DNA of 64,000 nt from the NCBI GenBank assembly GCA_964551135.1, contig CAZKAT010000001.1:148224-212223 (forward strand), given 5' to 3'. The translations under genes were made by a program, and so were the position numbers. Source of the stretch: an uncultured Gammaproteobacteria bacterium (GTDB taxonomy: Bacteria; Cyanobacteriota; Vampirovibrionia; LMEP-6097). Each line of letters starts with the position of its first letter. Positions within the stretch are counted from its first letter, which is position 1. The notes below the pieces were generated by a model. It was not told the origin of the DNA, ran no database searches, and worked only from the letters and a program-made list of their open reading frames with translations. Below, piece after piece: positions 1-9,440 of this stretch.

Positions 1-807
1 GGAGCGAGTCTGGGTGGTATAGTGTCGTTTGTACTTCAATTAGCACCATTGGATTTTGTAAGAAAGAAATTACTTGGACATGATGCTAGTCCTCATACTC
101 AGTTACAAAAACAAGCAATAGAAGTTATAGAAGAGAAACAAGATGTGTTTAGCGGAGAATATAATCACATCTTAGTGCCGGCTTTATTCAGTACTGGTTT
201 ATCTCAGATCTTAGTTTTCATTGATGGCTTCTATTGTAAGGGACTTGAAGAGGGTTCGTTTACTGCTTTGACCTTGGCTAATCGTCTTATACAATTGCCC
301 CTAGGAGTGCTTCTTACAGCTTTCTTGGTGCCCTTATTCCCAAGGATTACTCAGCTAGTTAAAGACAATGATTTAACTGAAATTAAAAGATTACTGATTA
401 AAGCTATTAGAATGTTGATTCTACTTTGTATTCCAGCAATTATTGTCGGTATGCTTTGGCCTCATGAAATTATTCGTCTCTTATTTGAGCGTGGTGCTTT
501 TGATGAGAGATCTACTGCCATGGTTGCTGATTTATTCTTCTATCTCTGTCTCTCGATTATTCCTTATGTACTTAGAGATAGCTTTGCGCGTGCTTGTTAT
601 AGCTTCGGTGACGGCCAATCGCCTTTAGTGGTGATGATTGTTAGCATAGTTATGAAGTTTGCTTTGAACTCTTACTTTGTAGAACACTATGGATTAAATG
701 GTATAGCTATATCCACTACGATAATTAGTCTAATGAATGCCATAATACTATTCGTAATACTAAATAATAAGTTTAGAATTAATAAACTGGCTAAACAGCC
801 TGTATAA
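1..807 (+). CDS. murJ: Lipid II flippase MurJ/MviN, 5' truncated by the window edge
   Basis: Frame is open from base 1; motifs ANRLIQLPLG, LFERGAFD, RACYSFGD..P; multiple TM segments. Confidence 0.85.
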   Translation, partial: GASLGGIVSFVLQLAPLDFVRKKLLGHDASPHTQLQKQAIEVIEEKQDVFSGEYNHILVPALFSTGLSQILVFIDGFYCKGLEEGSFTALTLANRLIQLPLGVLLTAFLVPLFPRITQLVKDNDLTEIKRLLIKAIRMLILLCIPAIIVGMLWPHEIIRLLFERGAFDERSTAMVADLFFYLCLSIIPYVLRDSFARACYSFGDGQSPLVVMIVSIVMKFALNSYFVEHYGLNGIAISTTIISLMNAIILFVILNNKFRINKLAKQPV

Positions 808-815
808 TTAAACCG

Positions 816-1523
816 GTGATAAAACTCAAAAATACCACTAAAATTTATGGAAATATTCGCGCCTTAGACGGAGTTAACTTAGAAATAGGTGCAGGCGAAA
901 TGGTCATGTTAGTAGGTGCCAGTGGTGCTGGTAAGTCTACATTAATGAAGCTGCTTTATCGTGAAGAGAGACCGACTTCTGGTCAAATAATAATAGGTAA
1001 TATAGATGTCAGTTCTTTATCACATTCTAAGATTCCTTATTTAAGACGCAGAATGGGGATTGTATTTCAAGATTTTAAGCTATTACCTCATAAATCAGCT
1101 TTCGAGAATGTGGCTTACGCGCTTAGAGGTTTGGGCGCTGAAGAATATGAAATCCAGAAACGTGTCTCGGGAGCTTTGAAGTTAGTAGGTTTACTCGAGA
1201 GAGCTTTTAATTTACCAAGTGAACTTTCAGGTGGAGAACAGCAACGTGTGGGTATTGCAAGAGCTATAGTTCAAGGACCACCATTGGTGATAGCAGATGA
1301 ACCGACAGGTAATCTTGACCCTAACACGAGTTTGGAAATTTTTAAATTATTAGAGAGAGTCGCTGAGCGTGGTACTACAGTGCTAGTGAGTACGCACAAT
1401 CAACAGATAGTCAATCAATTTGGTAAGCGCGTTATCACCCTAGACAGAGGAAAGATCATAGCTGATACTGGACCGAGAGGTTTCATGAAGCCTGGTTCAG
1501 GTCAGAGTATTTTAAATAGATGA
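816..1523 (+). CDS. ftsE: Cell division ABC ATPase FtsE
   Basis: Walker A GASGAGKST, LSGGEQQRV, ADEPTGNLD, IVFQDFKLL; overlaps ftsX. Confidence 0.92.
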   Translation: MIKLKNTTKIYGNIRALDGVNLEIGAGEMVMLVGASGAGKSTLMKLLYREERPTSGQIIIGNIDVSSLSHSKIPYLRRRMGIVFQDFKLLPHKSAFENVAYALRGLGAEEYEIQKRVSGALKLVGLLERAFNLPSELSGGEQQRVGIARAIVQGPPLVIADEPTGNLDPNTSLEIFKLLERVAERGTTVLVSTHNQQIVNQFGKRVITLDRGKIIADTGPRGFMKPGSGQSILNR

Positions 1524-2395
1524 GAGAATTAAGAGTAATTTGGAGAACTTTATTAGAGGCTGTTAATAGTGTTAAGGCTGGTGGCGTCTCTAACTTCGTG
1601 GTAGTAAGCATTCTAGCTGTAGCATTAGCGCTATTTGGTGGAGTCTTGCAACTTAATTCAAGTATTAAGCAGATCTCTCAAAACTTAGATACTCAATTAG
1701 AGTTCTCAGTTTATTTGCTTGATAGTGTTACACCTAATGAAGTCGCTAGACAAATCAGTAATATTAAAGCAGTAGATAAGGTAGAAGTTATAACTAAAGA
1801 TGTCGCTTGGGAAAGATTCAGCAAGCAGTTTCAATTTAGTGAGATAGCTGGTAATCCATTGCCAAACACTCTCCATGTGAATATTAGAAGACCACAGGAT
1901 TTAGAAGATGTCATTGCTAGCGTGAAGAAGATCTCTGGTATAGAGCAGATCAGCTATGCACCAGAGCTATTTAATGGATTAGAGAGAATTAGATCTATAT
2001 TGTTTTCTTTTGGTGTTTTAATCACCTTGATACTTGCTATTGGTACTATCACTATAGTATCTAACACCATTCAGTTAGTGATTAAGAGTCGTTCACTTGA
2101 AATAGAGATTCTGAGACTAGTTGGAGTGGATGATTGGTATATTAGAGGACCATTTATATTTCACGGAATATTTTATGGGTTAGCATCAGCGTTCCTCGCT
2201 ATAGTGCCTCTATTAGTTTTACAGAACCTTGTCTGGAACTCATTTCAAAGCTCATTTAAAACTATAATGCCGGTAACTTTTAATTTTGATTCGGGTTCTG
2301 AGCTTGGTGTAATTTATATGATTATTACTCTCACTGGTGTTTTGGTTTGCGGACTTAGCGCATACTTCACTACAGAGAAGTTTATTAAAACTTAA
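1520..2395 (+). CDS. ftsX: Cell division permease FtsX
   Basis: NPLP motif, SNTIQLVI..R..EIEILRLVG, IRGPF; 4 TM segments; follows ftsE. Confidence 0.88.
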   Translation: MRELRVIWRTLLEAVNSVKAGGVSNFVVVSILAVALALFGGVLQLNSSIKQISQNLDTQLEFSVYLLDSVTPNEVARQISNIKAVDKVEVITKDVAWERFSKQFQFSEIAGNPLPNTLHVNIRRPQDLEDVIASVKKISGIEQISYAPELFNGLERIRSILFSFGVLITLILAIGTITIVSNTIQLVIKSRSLEIEILRLVGVDDWYIRGPFIFHGIFYGLASAFLAIVPLLVLQNLVWNSFQSSFKTIMPVTFNFDSGSELGVIYMIITLTGVLVCGLSAYFTTEKFIKT

Positions 2396-2529
2396 ATATC
2401 TACTACTTCTAGTCTAGGTAAAATACCTCGTCTAATAATCTCCATAATCCAGTTATATTAATTGTTACTTAACAACGGTACAGATAACCTAGCTTAGCTT
2501 CTATAGCTCTCGGGGATGATGACTATAAG

Positions 2530-3369
2530 ATGAAAGCCGTAATTCTAGCAGGTGGACTAGGTACCCGTATATCAGAAGAGACAGAGCTTAAGCCTAAGCC
2601 AATGGTAGAGATAGGCGGCCGGCCGATACTCTGGCATATCATGAAGATTTATTCTAATCATGGTATCAATGAATTTATTATTTGCGCTGGTTACAAAGGT
2701 TACATGATTAAAGAGTTCTTTGCGAACTACTTTATGCATAAATCAGATGTAACATTCGATTTAGCAAATAACAATCTTATTATTCACAATCATCAATGCG
2801 AGCCATGGAAAGTAACTGTAGTGGATACTGGTGAAGATAGCATGACTGGTGGTCGTCTCAAGAAAGTAGCTGCCTATGTTGGCAATGAAGATTTTTGCAT
2901 GACTTATGGTGACGGAGTTTCAGATGTAAATATTACTGAACTAATTAAGTTTCATAAAGCACAAGCTAAGTTAGCTACTCTGACAGCAGTCGCTCCTGCA
3001 GGCAGGTTTGGAGCATTAGAGCTCAGTGGTCATACTATTAATAGTTTCCATGAGAAACCGCAAGGAGATGGTGGCTATATTAATGGTGGATTTTTTGTGC
3101 TCAGTCCGCAAGTACTTAATTATATAGAACATGATCAGACTGTTTGGGAAAGAGAACCTCTTGAGATGCTAGCTAAACAAGGTCAACTGAGTGCCTTTAA
3201 GCATGAGGGATTCTGGCAACCTATGGATACTCTTAGAGACAAGCTTAAGCTTGAGGATATTTGTAAGGAAGGTAATCCACCTTGGTTAAAAAACACTTCA
3301 CGTCAAAAAACTAAAGCAATGTTTATTTCCAAGAATCCAATGGAGATGATTAAAAATAAAACAGTTTAA
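2530..3369 (+). CDS. rfbF: Glucose-1-phosphate cytidylyltransferase
   Basis: [40 protein letters not shown]. Confidence 0.93.
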   Translation: MKAVILAGGLGTRISEETELKPKPMVEIGGRPILWHIMKIYSNHGINEFIICAGYKGYMIKEFFANYFMHKSDVTFDLANNNLIIHNHQCEPWKVTVVDTGEDSMTGGRLKKVAAYVGNEDFCMTYGDGVSDVNITELIKFHKAQAKLATLTAVAPAGRFGALELSGHTINSFHEKPQGDGGYINGGFFVLSPQVLNYIEHDQTVWEREPLEMLAKQGQLSAFKHEGFWQPMDTLRDKLKLEDICKEGNPPWLKNTSRQKTKAMFISKNPMEMIKNKTV

Positions 3370-3386
3370 TAAAAAGGGTCTATGTA

Positions 3387-4529
3387 ATGGTAATCAAAAG
3401 TTTTAAGGGTAAGAAAGTATTAGTCACAGGGCATACTGGTTTTAAAGGAACTTGGCTGAGTCTTTGGCTAGTAGAGCTGGGTGCACAAGTTGTAGGTTAC
3501 TCTCTAGAACCTAATTCTAATCCGTCATTATTCAAATCTATAGGTTTGGAAAGAGATATCAAACATTATATTGGTGATATTAGAAATTTTGAGAAGCTAA
3601 ATAAAGTTATTCAAGATGAGAAACCAGAAATAATTTTTCATTTGGCTGCACAAGCCTTAGTAAGAGAGTCTTACAAGAACCCACTTTTAACTTACGAGAC
3701 TAATGTTATGGGTACTGTGAATCTACTAGAAGCAGTACGTCATTGTGATTCAGTTAGAACTGTAATAAATGTTACAACTGATAAATGTTATGAGAATAAA
3801 GAATGGGTTTACGGTTATAGAGAGATAGATCCTCTTGGTGGTTATGATCCATATAGTTCTAGCAAGGCTGCTTCAGAATTGATTACAGCGTCTTACCGCA
3901 ATGCTTACTTTAATCCTAATGACTATGGTACTAAGCATCACGTTGCTCTAGCTTCAGCGCGAGCTGGTAATGTCATCGGTGGTGGTGATTGGGCTGAAGA
4001 TAGGTTAATCCCAGATGCTATTAAAGCTCTCAAGCTTAATCAAGAAATAAATATCCGCAATCCACATGCAACTAGACCTTGGCAACACGTGCTAGAACCG
4101 ATTTCAGGTTACTTGAGCTTAGCGTCTAAGCTTGAAGAAGATCCTAAAGCTTTCTCTGAAGCTTGGAACTTTGGTCCTAGAGAGACTGCTGCGATTAGTG
4201 TTGAAGAAGTAGTTTCTAAGATACTTAAGCTTTGGGGTAGAGGTAAGTATTCAGTAGATGCTGGCGAGCATCCTCACGAAACTAGCTATCTTAAGCTTGA
4301 CTTAAGCAAAACCTCTCAGAGACTTAAGTTCAAGCCGGTACTAGAGATAGATGAAGCATTACAGTTAACAGTACAATGGTATAAAAACTTCTATGAAGTG
4401 AAGACTACTAGTCCGAGAGAATTTACTATTAATCAGATTCGTGAATATCATAAGAAACGCTTTGGTATGTTGTCTAAGGCAATAGATAAGCTGGCTAGAA
4501 CTGTTGGGCAAGTGCAGACTGTAAGTTAG
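3387..4529 (+). CDS. rfbG: CDP-glucose 4,6-dehydratase
   Basis: VTGHTGFKG, TTDKCYEN, DPYSSSK, RAGNVIGGGDW, RPWQHVLEP. Confidence 0.93.
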   Translation: MVIKSFKGKKVLVTGHTGFKGTWLSLWLVELGAQVVGYSLEPNSNPSLFKSIGLERDIKHYIGDIRNFEKLNKVIQDEKPEIIFHLAAQALVRESYKNPLLTYETNVMGTVNLLEAVRHCDSVRTVINVTTDKCYENKEWVYGYREIDPLGGYDPYSSSKAASELITASYRNAYFNPNDYGTKHHVALASARAGNVIGGGDWAEDRLIPDAIKALKLNQEINIRNPHATRPWQHVLEPISGYLSLASKLEEDPKAFSEAWNFGPRETAAISVEEVVSKILKLWGRGKYSVDAGEHPHETSYLKLDLSKTSQRLKFKPVLEIDEALQLTVQWYKNFYEVKTTSPREFTINQIREYHKKRFGMLSKAIDKLARTVGQVQTVS

Positions 4530-4538
4530 TTAATATTT

Positions 4539-5114
4539 CTATCTAATTCTATCTAATGTAATAGTTGCTAGTTGAGGATTGCTGCCTATGAATTGACATA
4601 TATATAGCTCATTGACTTCAATAAATCCATCACCACTCTGGTCAGAGCAATCAGATACAATATCATAAATTCCAGCCCCTTGACCACTATAATTCTTTTT
4701 GGGATCGAGGTTTATAGTGTAATATTGAGATCCAGTGAAAAAGAAGTTTTGAAAGGATAAGACATTTTTTATTAGAATACCTAAGCTATGTCCAATAACG
4801 AAACCAGAGGAATCGCTTAATACAAACTCAATTAGCCCACTATCATTTTTAATTACGGCATCAATAATATCCAAAAATATTGGACTGGATTCGCTTGAAT
4901 CAATTAATCTATAAGTTCCTAATATATTTGTTGATGCTGTTTTGCCACCACCTTTGCGTGCGAGTTTGTCTTTCATGCTAGTTAATTCTTTGGCTTGCTC
5001 GTGGCTTGTAATTATTGGAGTGTTAGCTTGTTTTATATATTGTTTAGTTAGTGATGCATTTGCAAAGTTATTACTAATAAATATTAATGTTAAAACTAAA
5101 ACTACTAATCTCAT
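4539..5114 (-). CDS. Hypothetical exported protein with an EF-hand-like loop
   Basis: N-terminal signal peptide; DQSGDGFIEVNE loop. Confidence 0.6.
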   Translation of the reverse strand: MRLVVLVLTLIFISNNFANASLTKQYIKQANTPIITSHEQAKELTSMKDKLARKGGGKTASTNILGTYRLIDSSESSPIFLDIIDAVIKNDSGLIEFVLSDSSGFVIGHSLGILIKNVLSFQNFFFTGSQYYTINLDPKKNYSGQGAGIYDIVSDCSDQSGDGFIEVNELYICQFIGSNPQLATITLDRIR

Positions 5115-5260
5115 ATGTTTATCTCCAAATATGTTTATTATTTCGACACTATCTTGAATCGAAAATTAAATTATATAAGCTTTTATTTATAGCATTTTTA
5201 TTGATTAAATGTCAAGATCCTGACGCAGAAAAATTGTAAATATTCGAATCTTGCTTCTAT

Positions 5261-5512
5261 ATGAAGCAAATTAGACGAAGCGTGGGTAAATTTCTAAGAA
5301 AGATTAGAGAAGAGAGAAGCATGTCTATAACAGAAGTCTCAGCATATCTTTCTCTTCATAAGATTAAATGTTCTAGAACTAATCTTTCTAGAATTGAATC
5401 AGACAACGCTACTGTTAGACATGACATACTTGCAGGTTTATGTGTTATTTATGGGATTAGTGCAGATGAGGTTTTGTTTAGGAAGGGGAAGAAAGAAGAA
5501 GAAACACTCTGA
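5261..5512 (+). CDS. XRE-family HTH transcriptional regulator
   Basis: LRKIREERSMS...LSRIE...LCVIYGISADEVL pattern. Confidence 0.8.
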   Translation: MKQIRRSVGKFLRKIREERSMSITEVSAYLSLHKIKCSRTNLSRIESDNATVRHDILAGLCVIYGISADEVLFRKGKKEEETL

Positions 5513-5533
5513 ATTAAATTTAATCCCCACCTA

Positions 5534-5563
5534 TTGACATCCTCATACAAAGGTAAGTATAAT
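5534..5563 (+). promoter_or_regulatory. Consensus sigma70 promoter of dinD
   Basis: TTGACA (5534-5539), 18-nt spacer, TATAAT (5558-5563); SD AAGGAGG at 5599-5605. Confidence 0.7.
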
Positions 5564-5612
5564 AATTAACAACATAGAGCAGCAAAATTAATCCAATTAA
5601 GGAGGATTTGTC

Positions 5613-6461
5613 ATGGAAACACAGGTAATTACTAAGCTGCACGCGGATTTTGAGGATCATGCCCATATGCAAGATGGCGTTGAGTTCTGGTATGCAAGAG
5701 AACTTCAAGTCCTACTTGGTTATGATGAATGGAGGAATTTTGAGAAGATTATTGCTAAAGCTAAGCAAGCTTGTAAAGCCTCTAAGCAAGAGCTTTTCGA
5801 TCATTTTGTTGACGTCAACAAAATGATAAAACTGGCTAAGGGAGCGGAACGAACAGTATCAGACTACATGCTTACTCGTTATGCTTGCTACCTGATCGCT
5901 CAAAATGGTGATCCTCATAAGGAAGAAATAGCCTTCGCAATGACTTACTTTGCAGTGCAAACGCGCAAGCAAGAAGTCTTAGAACAGCGTATTAAAGAAT
6001 GGGAGCGTTTACAAGCTAGAGAGAAGCTATCTTTATCGGAGAAAGAACTTTCGGGACTTGTATTTGAACGTGGAGTAGATGGACAAGGATTCGCGAGAAT
6101 TCGTAGTAAGGGTGATGAAGCGCTTTTTGGTGGGCACGATACTCAAGCAATGAAAGAGAAGCTTAATGTTCCCGTGAAGAGATCACTTGCAGATTTTTTA
6201 CCGACAGTCACTATCAAGGCAAAAGATCTTGCTAATGAGATTACTAATTTTAATGTCAAGAAAAATAAATCATTAGAAGGTGAGACATTGATAAGTTCTG
6301 AACATGTTAAGAATAATCAGCATATGCGTGAGATGCTTGGTAAGAGTGGGATACAACCTGAAACACTTCCAGCTGCAGAAGATATTCAGAAGCTTGGAAG
6401 AAAGCTTAAGTCCCAAGACAAGAAGCTTCTTCAAGGATCTAAAAAACTATCAAGCAACTGA
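5613..6461 (+). CDS. dinD: DNA damage-inducible protein D
   Basis: [55 protein letters not shown]. Confidence 0.88.
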   Translation: METQVITKLHADFEDHAHMQDGVEFWYARELQVLLGYDEWRNFEKIIAKAKQACKASKQELFDHFVDVNKMIKLAKGAERTVSDYMLTRYACYLIAQNGDPHKEEIAFAMTYFAVQTRKQEVLEQRIKEWERLQAREKLSLSEKELSGLVFERGVDGQGFARIRSKGDEALFGGHDTQAMKEKLNVPVKRSLADFLPTVTIKAKDLANEITNFNVKKNKSLEGETLISSEHVKNNQHMREMLGKSGIQPETLPAAEDIQKLGRKLKSQDKKLLQGSKKLSSN

Positions 6462-6531
6462 AATAATCTAAAGCATGCATATTGTTCAATAAAGGAGTTC
6501 CATCCTATGTATATACGCAGGTATTAATTAT

Positions 6532-6855
6532 ATGAAAGTTAAATCAACCCCAAAACCCAAAAAATCTAAACTTCATAAAGATTCATCTCCAGATTTGAGT
6601 AAGCTATGGCTAGAGTGGCATGTGGTTAAGGATGAAAATTCTGATGAAGATTTGTTAAGTTTTGATTTTAAGTTAATAGAGAAACAGCTTAAATCTACAG
6701 AAGATCAGAAGGTGTCTATCCCTATTCTGGCTTTATATCATCTTGCGGAGAAGTATAATTGGTTACAAGTATTGCGAGGTCCGAAGCATAAACCTACCGA
6801 TCCCTATGAGTTGGTGCGCTTTATTCAGATGCTAGAGAGTAATTATTCTGATTAA
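6532..6855 (+). CDS. Hypothetical protein
   Basis: 107-aa ORF filling the gap between dinD and murE; no motif recognised. Confidence 0.5.
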   Translation: MKVKSTPKPKKSKLHKDSSPDLSKLWLEWHVVKDENSDEDLLSFDFKLIEKQLKSTEDQKVSIPILALYHLAEKYNWLQVLRGPKHKPTDPYELVRFIQMLESNYSD

Positions 6856-6873
6856 GTTTAGTATACTTAAACT

Positions 6874-8304
6874 ATGCTGAATATCCGTGATTATACTGAT
6901 GTCCATTACGATTCACGTAAAGTAACTCCTGGTTCGATCTTTGTTGCAATTAGAGGCGAAAAATTTGATGGTTCTGCATATATAGATACTGCAATCAAGA
7001 ATGGTGCCAAGCTTATCGTTGCTGAGAAGCCAGTAGCAGTTCCTGAAACTGTGAAATTAATACAAGTTCCGGATTCGAGATTAGAGCTAGCTAAATTAAG
7101 TTCTGAATTCTATGGTAACCCATCTTCTAAGCTAAAAATCATTGGTGTTACAGGTACTAATGGTAAGACTACAGTAACTCATTTAGTTCAAGCCTTACTC
7201 ACAGCTAATGCTAATAAGACTGCATTGCTTGGTACTATGGGTTTGAAACTTAGTCCAGATTCGGCATATCAAGATATGGGTAATACTACTCCTCAATCTA
7301 AAGAAGTTCAGAAAATATTAGCTGAGTTAGTGGATAAGAATTATCAGTATCTAACTATGGAAGTGAGTTCTCATGCGCTTGAACAACAGCGGGTAGCAGG
7401 TATAGAATTTCATACAGCAATAGTTACTAATCTTACTCAGGATCATTTGGATTATCACGTGACTATGGATAATTATTTCCAGGCTAAAGCTAGGATTTTT
7501 AAGCAAGTAAATGGTTCGGTAATTCTTAATGTAGATGATGAATATTATTCTAGATTCAAATCAGCAACGAATCAGAAGCTAGTTACTTTTGGTGTTTATA
7601 ATAATGCAGATTATATGGCTAAGAATATTCAATATACCAATGCTGGTTTAAGCTATGACTTGGTCAAGAATGGTCAAGAATTAGGTTCTATTAAGATGAA
7701 ACTTAATGGACAATTTAATGTTTATAACTCGCTTGCGGCAATTGCTGTAGCTGGTTTGGAAGGAATGGAGTTTCCATTAATTCAAAAAACCCTAGCTGAG
7801 ATTCCTCCTGTAACGGGAAGGTTTGAGGTGATTAAAACCGAGTATAGTCCTTTTTGCATTGTAGATTATGCTCATAGTCCAGATGGAATACTGAATGTAC
7901 TTAAAGGTGCGCGTGAATTAACCAAGGGTAAAGCGTGTTTGATTTGCTTATTTGGTTGTGGTGGTGATAGAGATATAACTAAACGTCCAAAAATGGCAAA
8001 GATAGCATATGAACTTGCTGACTTTGTTTATGTTACTTCTGACAATCCGAGAAGTGAAGATCCAGATCAGATTATTGCTGATATATTGACAGGCATGCCT
8101 GATCTAAATAAAGTTAAAGTTATTGCTGATCGCAGGCAAGCAATTCAAGAAGCGGTGCTTAATGCCAGTCCTAATGATGTTTTGGTGGTAGCTGGTAAGG
8201 GTCATGAGGACTATCAGATACTTAAAGATAGAACAATTCATTTCGATGACAGGGAGCAAGTGCATGAGGCGATTAAATTGCTGCATGCAACAAATCTGTA
8301 TTAG
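6874..8304 (+). CDS. murE: UDP-MurNAc-tripeptide synthetase (meso-DAP type)
   Basis: GVTGTNGKTT, MEVSSH, TNLTQDHLDYH, VDYAHSPDG, DNPR, GKGHEDYQ. Confidence 0.95.
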   Translation: MLNIRDYTDVHYDSRKVTPGSIFVAIRGEKFDGSAYIDTAIKNGAKLIVAEKPVAVPETVKLIQVPDSRLELAKLSSEFYGNPSSKLKIIGVTGTNGKTTVTHLVQALLTANANKTALLGTMGLKLSPDSAYQDMGNTTPQSKEVQKILAELVDKNYQYLTMEVSSHALEQQRVAGIEFHTAIVTNLTQDHLDYHVTMDNYFQAKARIFKQVNGSVILNVDDEYYSRFKSATNQKLVTFGVYNNADYMAKNIQYTNAGLSYDLVKNGQELGSIKMKLNGQFNVYNSLAAIAVAGLEGMEFPLIQKTLAEIPPVTGRFEVIKTEYSPFCIVDYAHSPDGILNVLKGARELTKGKACLICLFGCGGDRDITKRPKMAKIAYELADFVYVTSDNPRSEDPDQIIADILTGMPDLNKVKVIADRRQAIQEAVLNASPNDVLVVAGKGHEDYQILKDRTIHFDDREQVHEAIKLLHATNLY

Positions 8305-9373
8305 TGTTTTTTGGTGTTTTAGGATTCACTGTTGATTTAATATTAGTCTCTTGTTTTTCTTCTTGCTTAGCATTTCTATCTGTAGACATGCTTGACCAAA
8401 GTACTTCAGCAACGGTATTTAAAGTTGTCTTAGCATGATTGAAAATTTCATTAGCATCGGAGCTTTGCTTCATCCAACGCTGCATAAAATCCATAATACT
8501 TGGAATGAGATAGAATGAGCCTACTAGTTTTTCTTTACGTCTTTCAGCCGGATCTGTTTTAGATGAAAGGAAGATTATACTCAGATCTCCTAAGAGTCCA
8601 CCTATTGAACGTACTGAACCAAAGAATTTAGCAAAAGTAGAATCAAGACTGTTACGAGCAAATAATAAGGCTGGAATGGCTCCAAAAATCATTCCTGCAG
8701 CACCTAATAATGTCACGGTTAATTCCATACGCTCTCTAATATGTACTCCTTGAATCACATCTTTCATCATGGATTTAAATCCTTCGATTACTTTTTTGTT
8801 ATTTACTGCAAAGCCATCTTCGGCAAGTAAATCGCCAGTTCTTTTGGTCATGTGTTCTAGTACTACATTAACTCCTGATGATAGACCATATGCTAATTGG
8901 AAGTTAAAGAATGGAAGAAATGGTAAGAATAAAGTAGGCATCACTCTAGCTACAGCTTCAAACAATCTTTTACCTTTGAATGCTTCTAAGGCAGTATGTA
9001 TTTTTACTAAAGGTACTCCCCAACGTGAAAATCTAATTGCAGATTCTTTGATTTTTGCACTAAATTTCTCAGGTACTAATGAAACAAATGGCAACATTGC
9101 ACCTAGTGAATGCATGATTATCGTTGCCCAATTGAACCAAGTTGGGTAATTTTTGCGAATGTATAATCCCAAGTTTTTTTCGGCAGGAGTTTCTTCTTCA
9201 CTTTTGCTTGGAGTATGTAAGTTTTGAGAATTCTCGACTCTTTGTTCAGAACTAATCGTGTTTAATTGCTCCGGCAGTGAAGGAGTAGGCTCACTATTAG
9301 GTACGCCGATATTTGGCCCAAATGGGCCATTTAGAGCCATATTAGGACTCGGATTTATTATAGGTTCGATCAT
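8273..9373 (-). CDS. Hypothetical membrane protein, paralog of 50237-51325; start probably ATG 9373
   Basis: Pro/Ser/Asn-rich disordered N-terminus, several hydrophobic helices, collinear motifs shared with the 50 kb ORF. Confidence 0.7.
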   Translation of the reverse strand: MIEPIINPSPNMALNGPFGPNIGVPNSEPTPSLPEQLNTISSEQRVENSQNLHTPSKSEEETPAEKNLGLYIRKNYPTWFNWATIIMHSLGAMLPFVSLVPEKFSAKIKESAIRFSRWGVPLVKIHTALEAFKGKRLFEAVARVMPTLFLPFLPFFNFQLAYGLSSGVNVVLEHMTKRTGDLLAEDGFAVNNKKVIEGFKSMMKDVIQGVHIRERMELTVTLLGAAGMIFGAIPALLFARNSLDSTFAKFFGSVRSIGGLLGDLSIIFLSSKTDPAERRKEKLVGSFYLIPSIMDFMQRWMKQSSDANEIFNHAKTTLNTVAEVLWSSMSTDRNAKQEEKQETNIKSTVNPKTPKNTNTDLLHAAI

Positions 9374-9374
9374 A

Positions 9375-9398
9375 AATACGTATATAGATATACGTATT
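9375..9398. promoter_or_regulatory. 24-bp palindrome directly upstream of ATG 9373
   Basis: AATACGTATAT-AG-ATATACGTATT; minus-strand TGCTATTAT box at 9403-9411. Confidence 0.5.
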
Positions 9399-9440
9399 GT
9401 AAATAATAGCAAATAACATTAACTAGAGAGCGAAAAAGCG

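Noticed and set aside
5513-5612. LexA box at the dinD promoter
   Set aside because: No CTGT-N8-ACAG, GAAC-N4-GTTC or cyanobacterial GTAC-N4-GTWC-like site recognised
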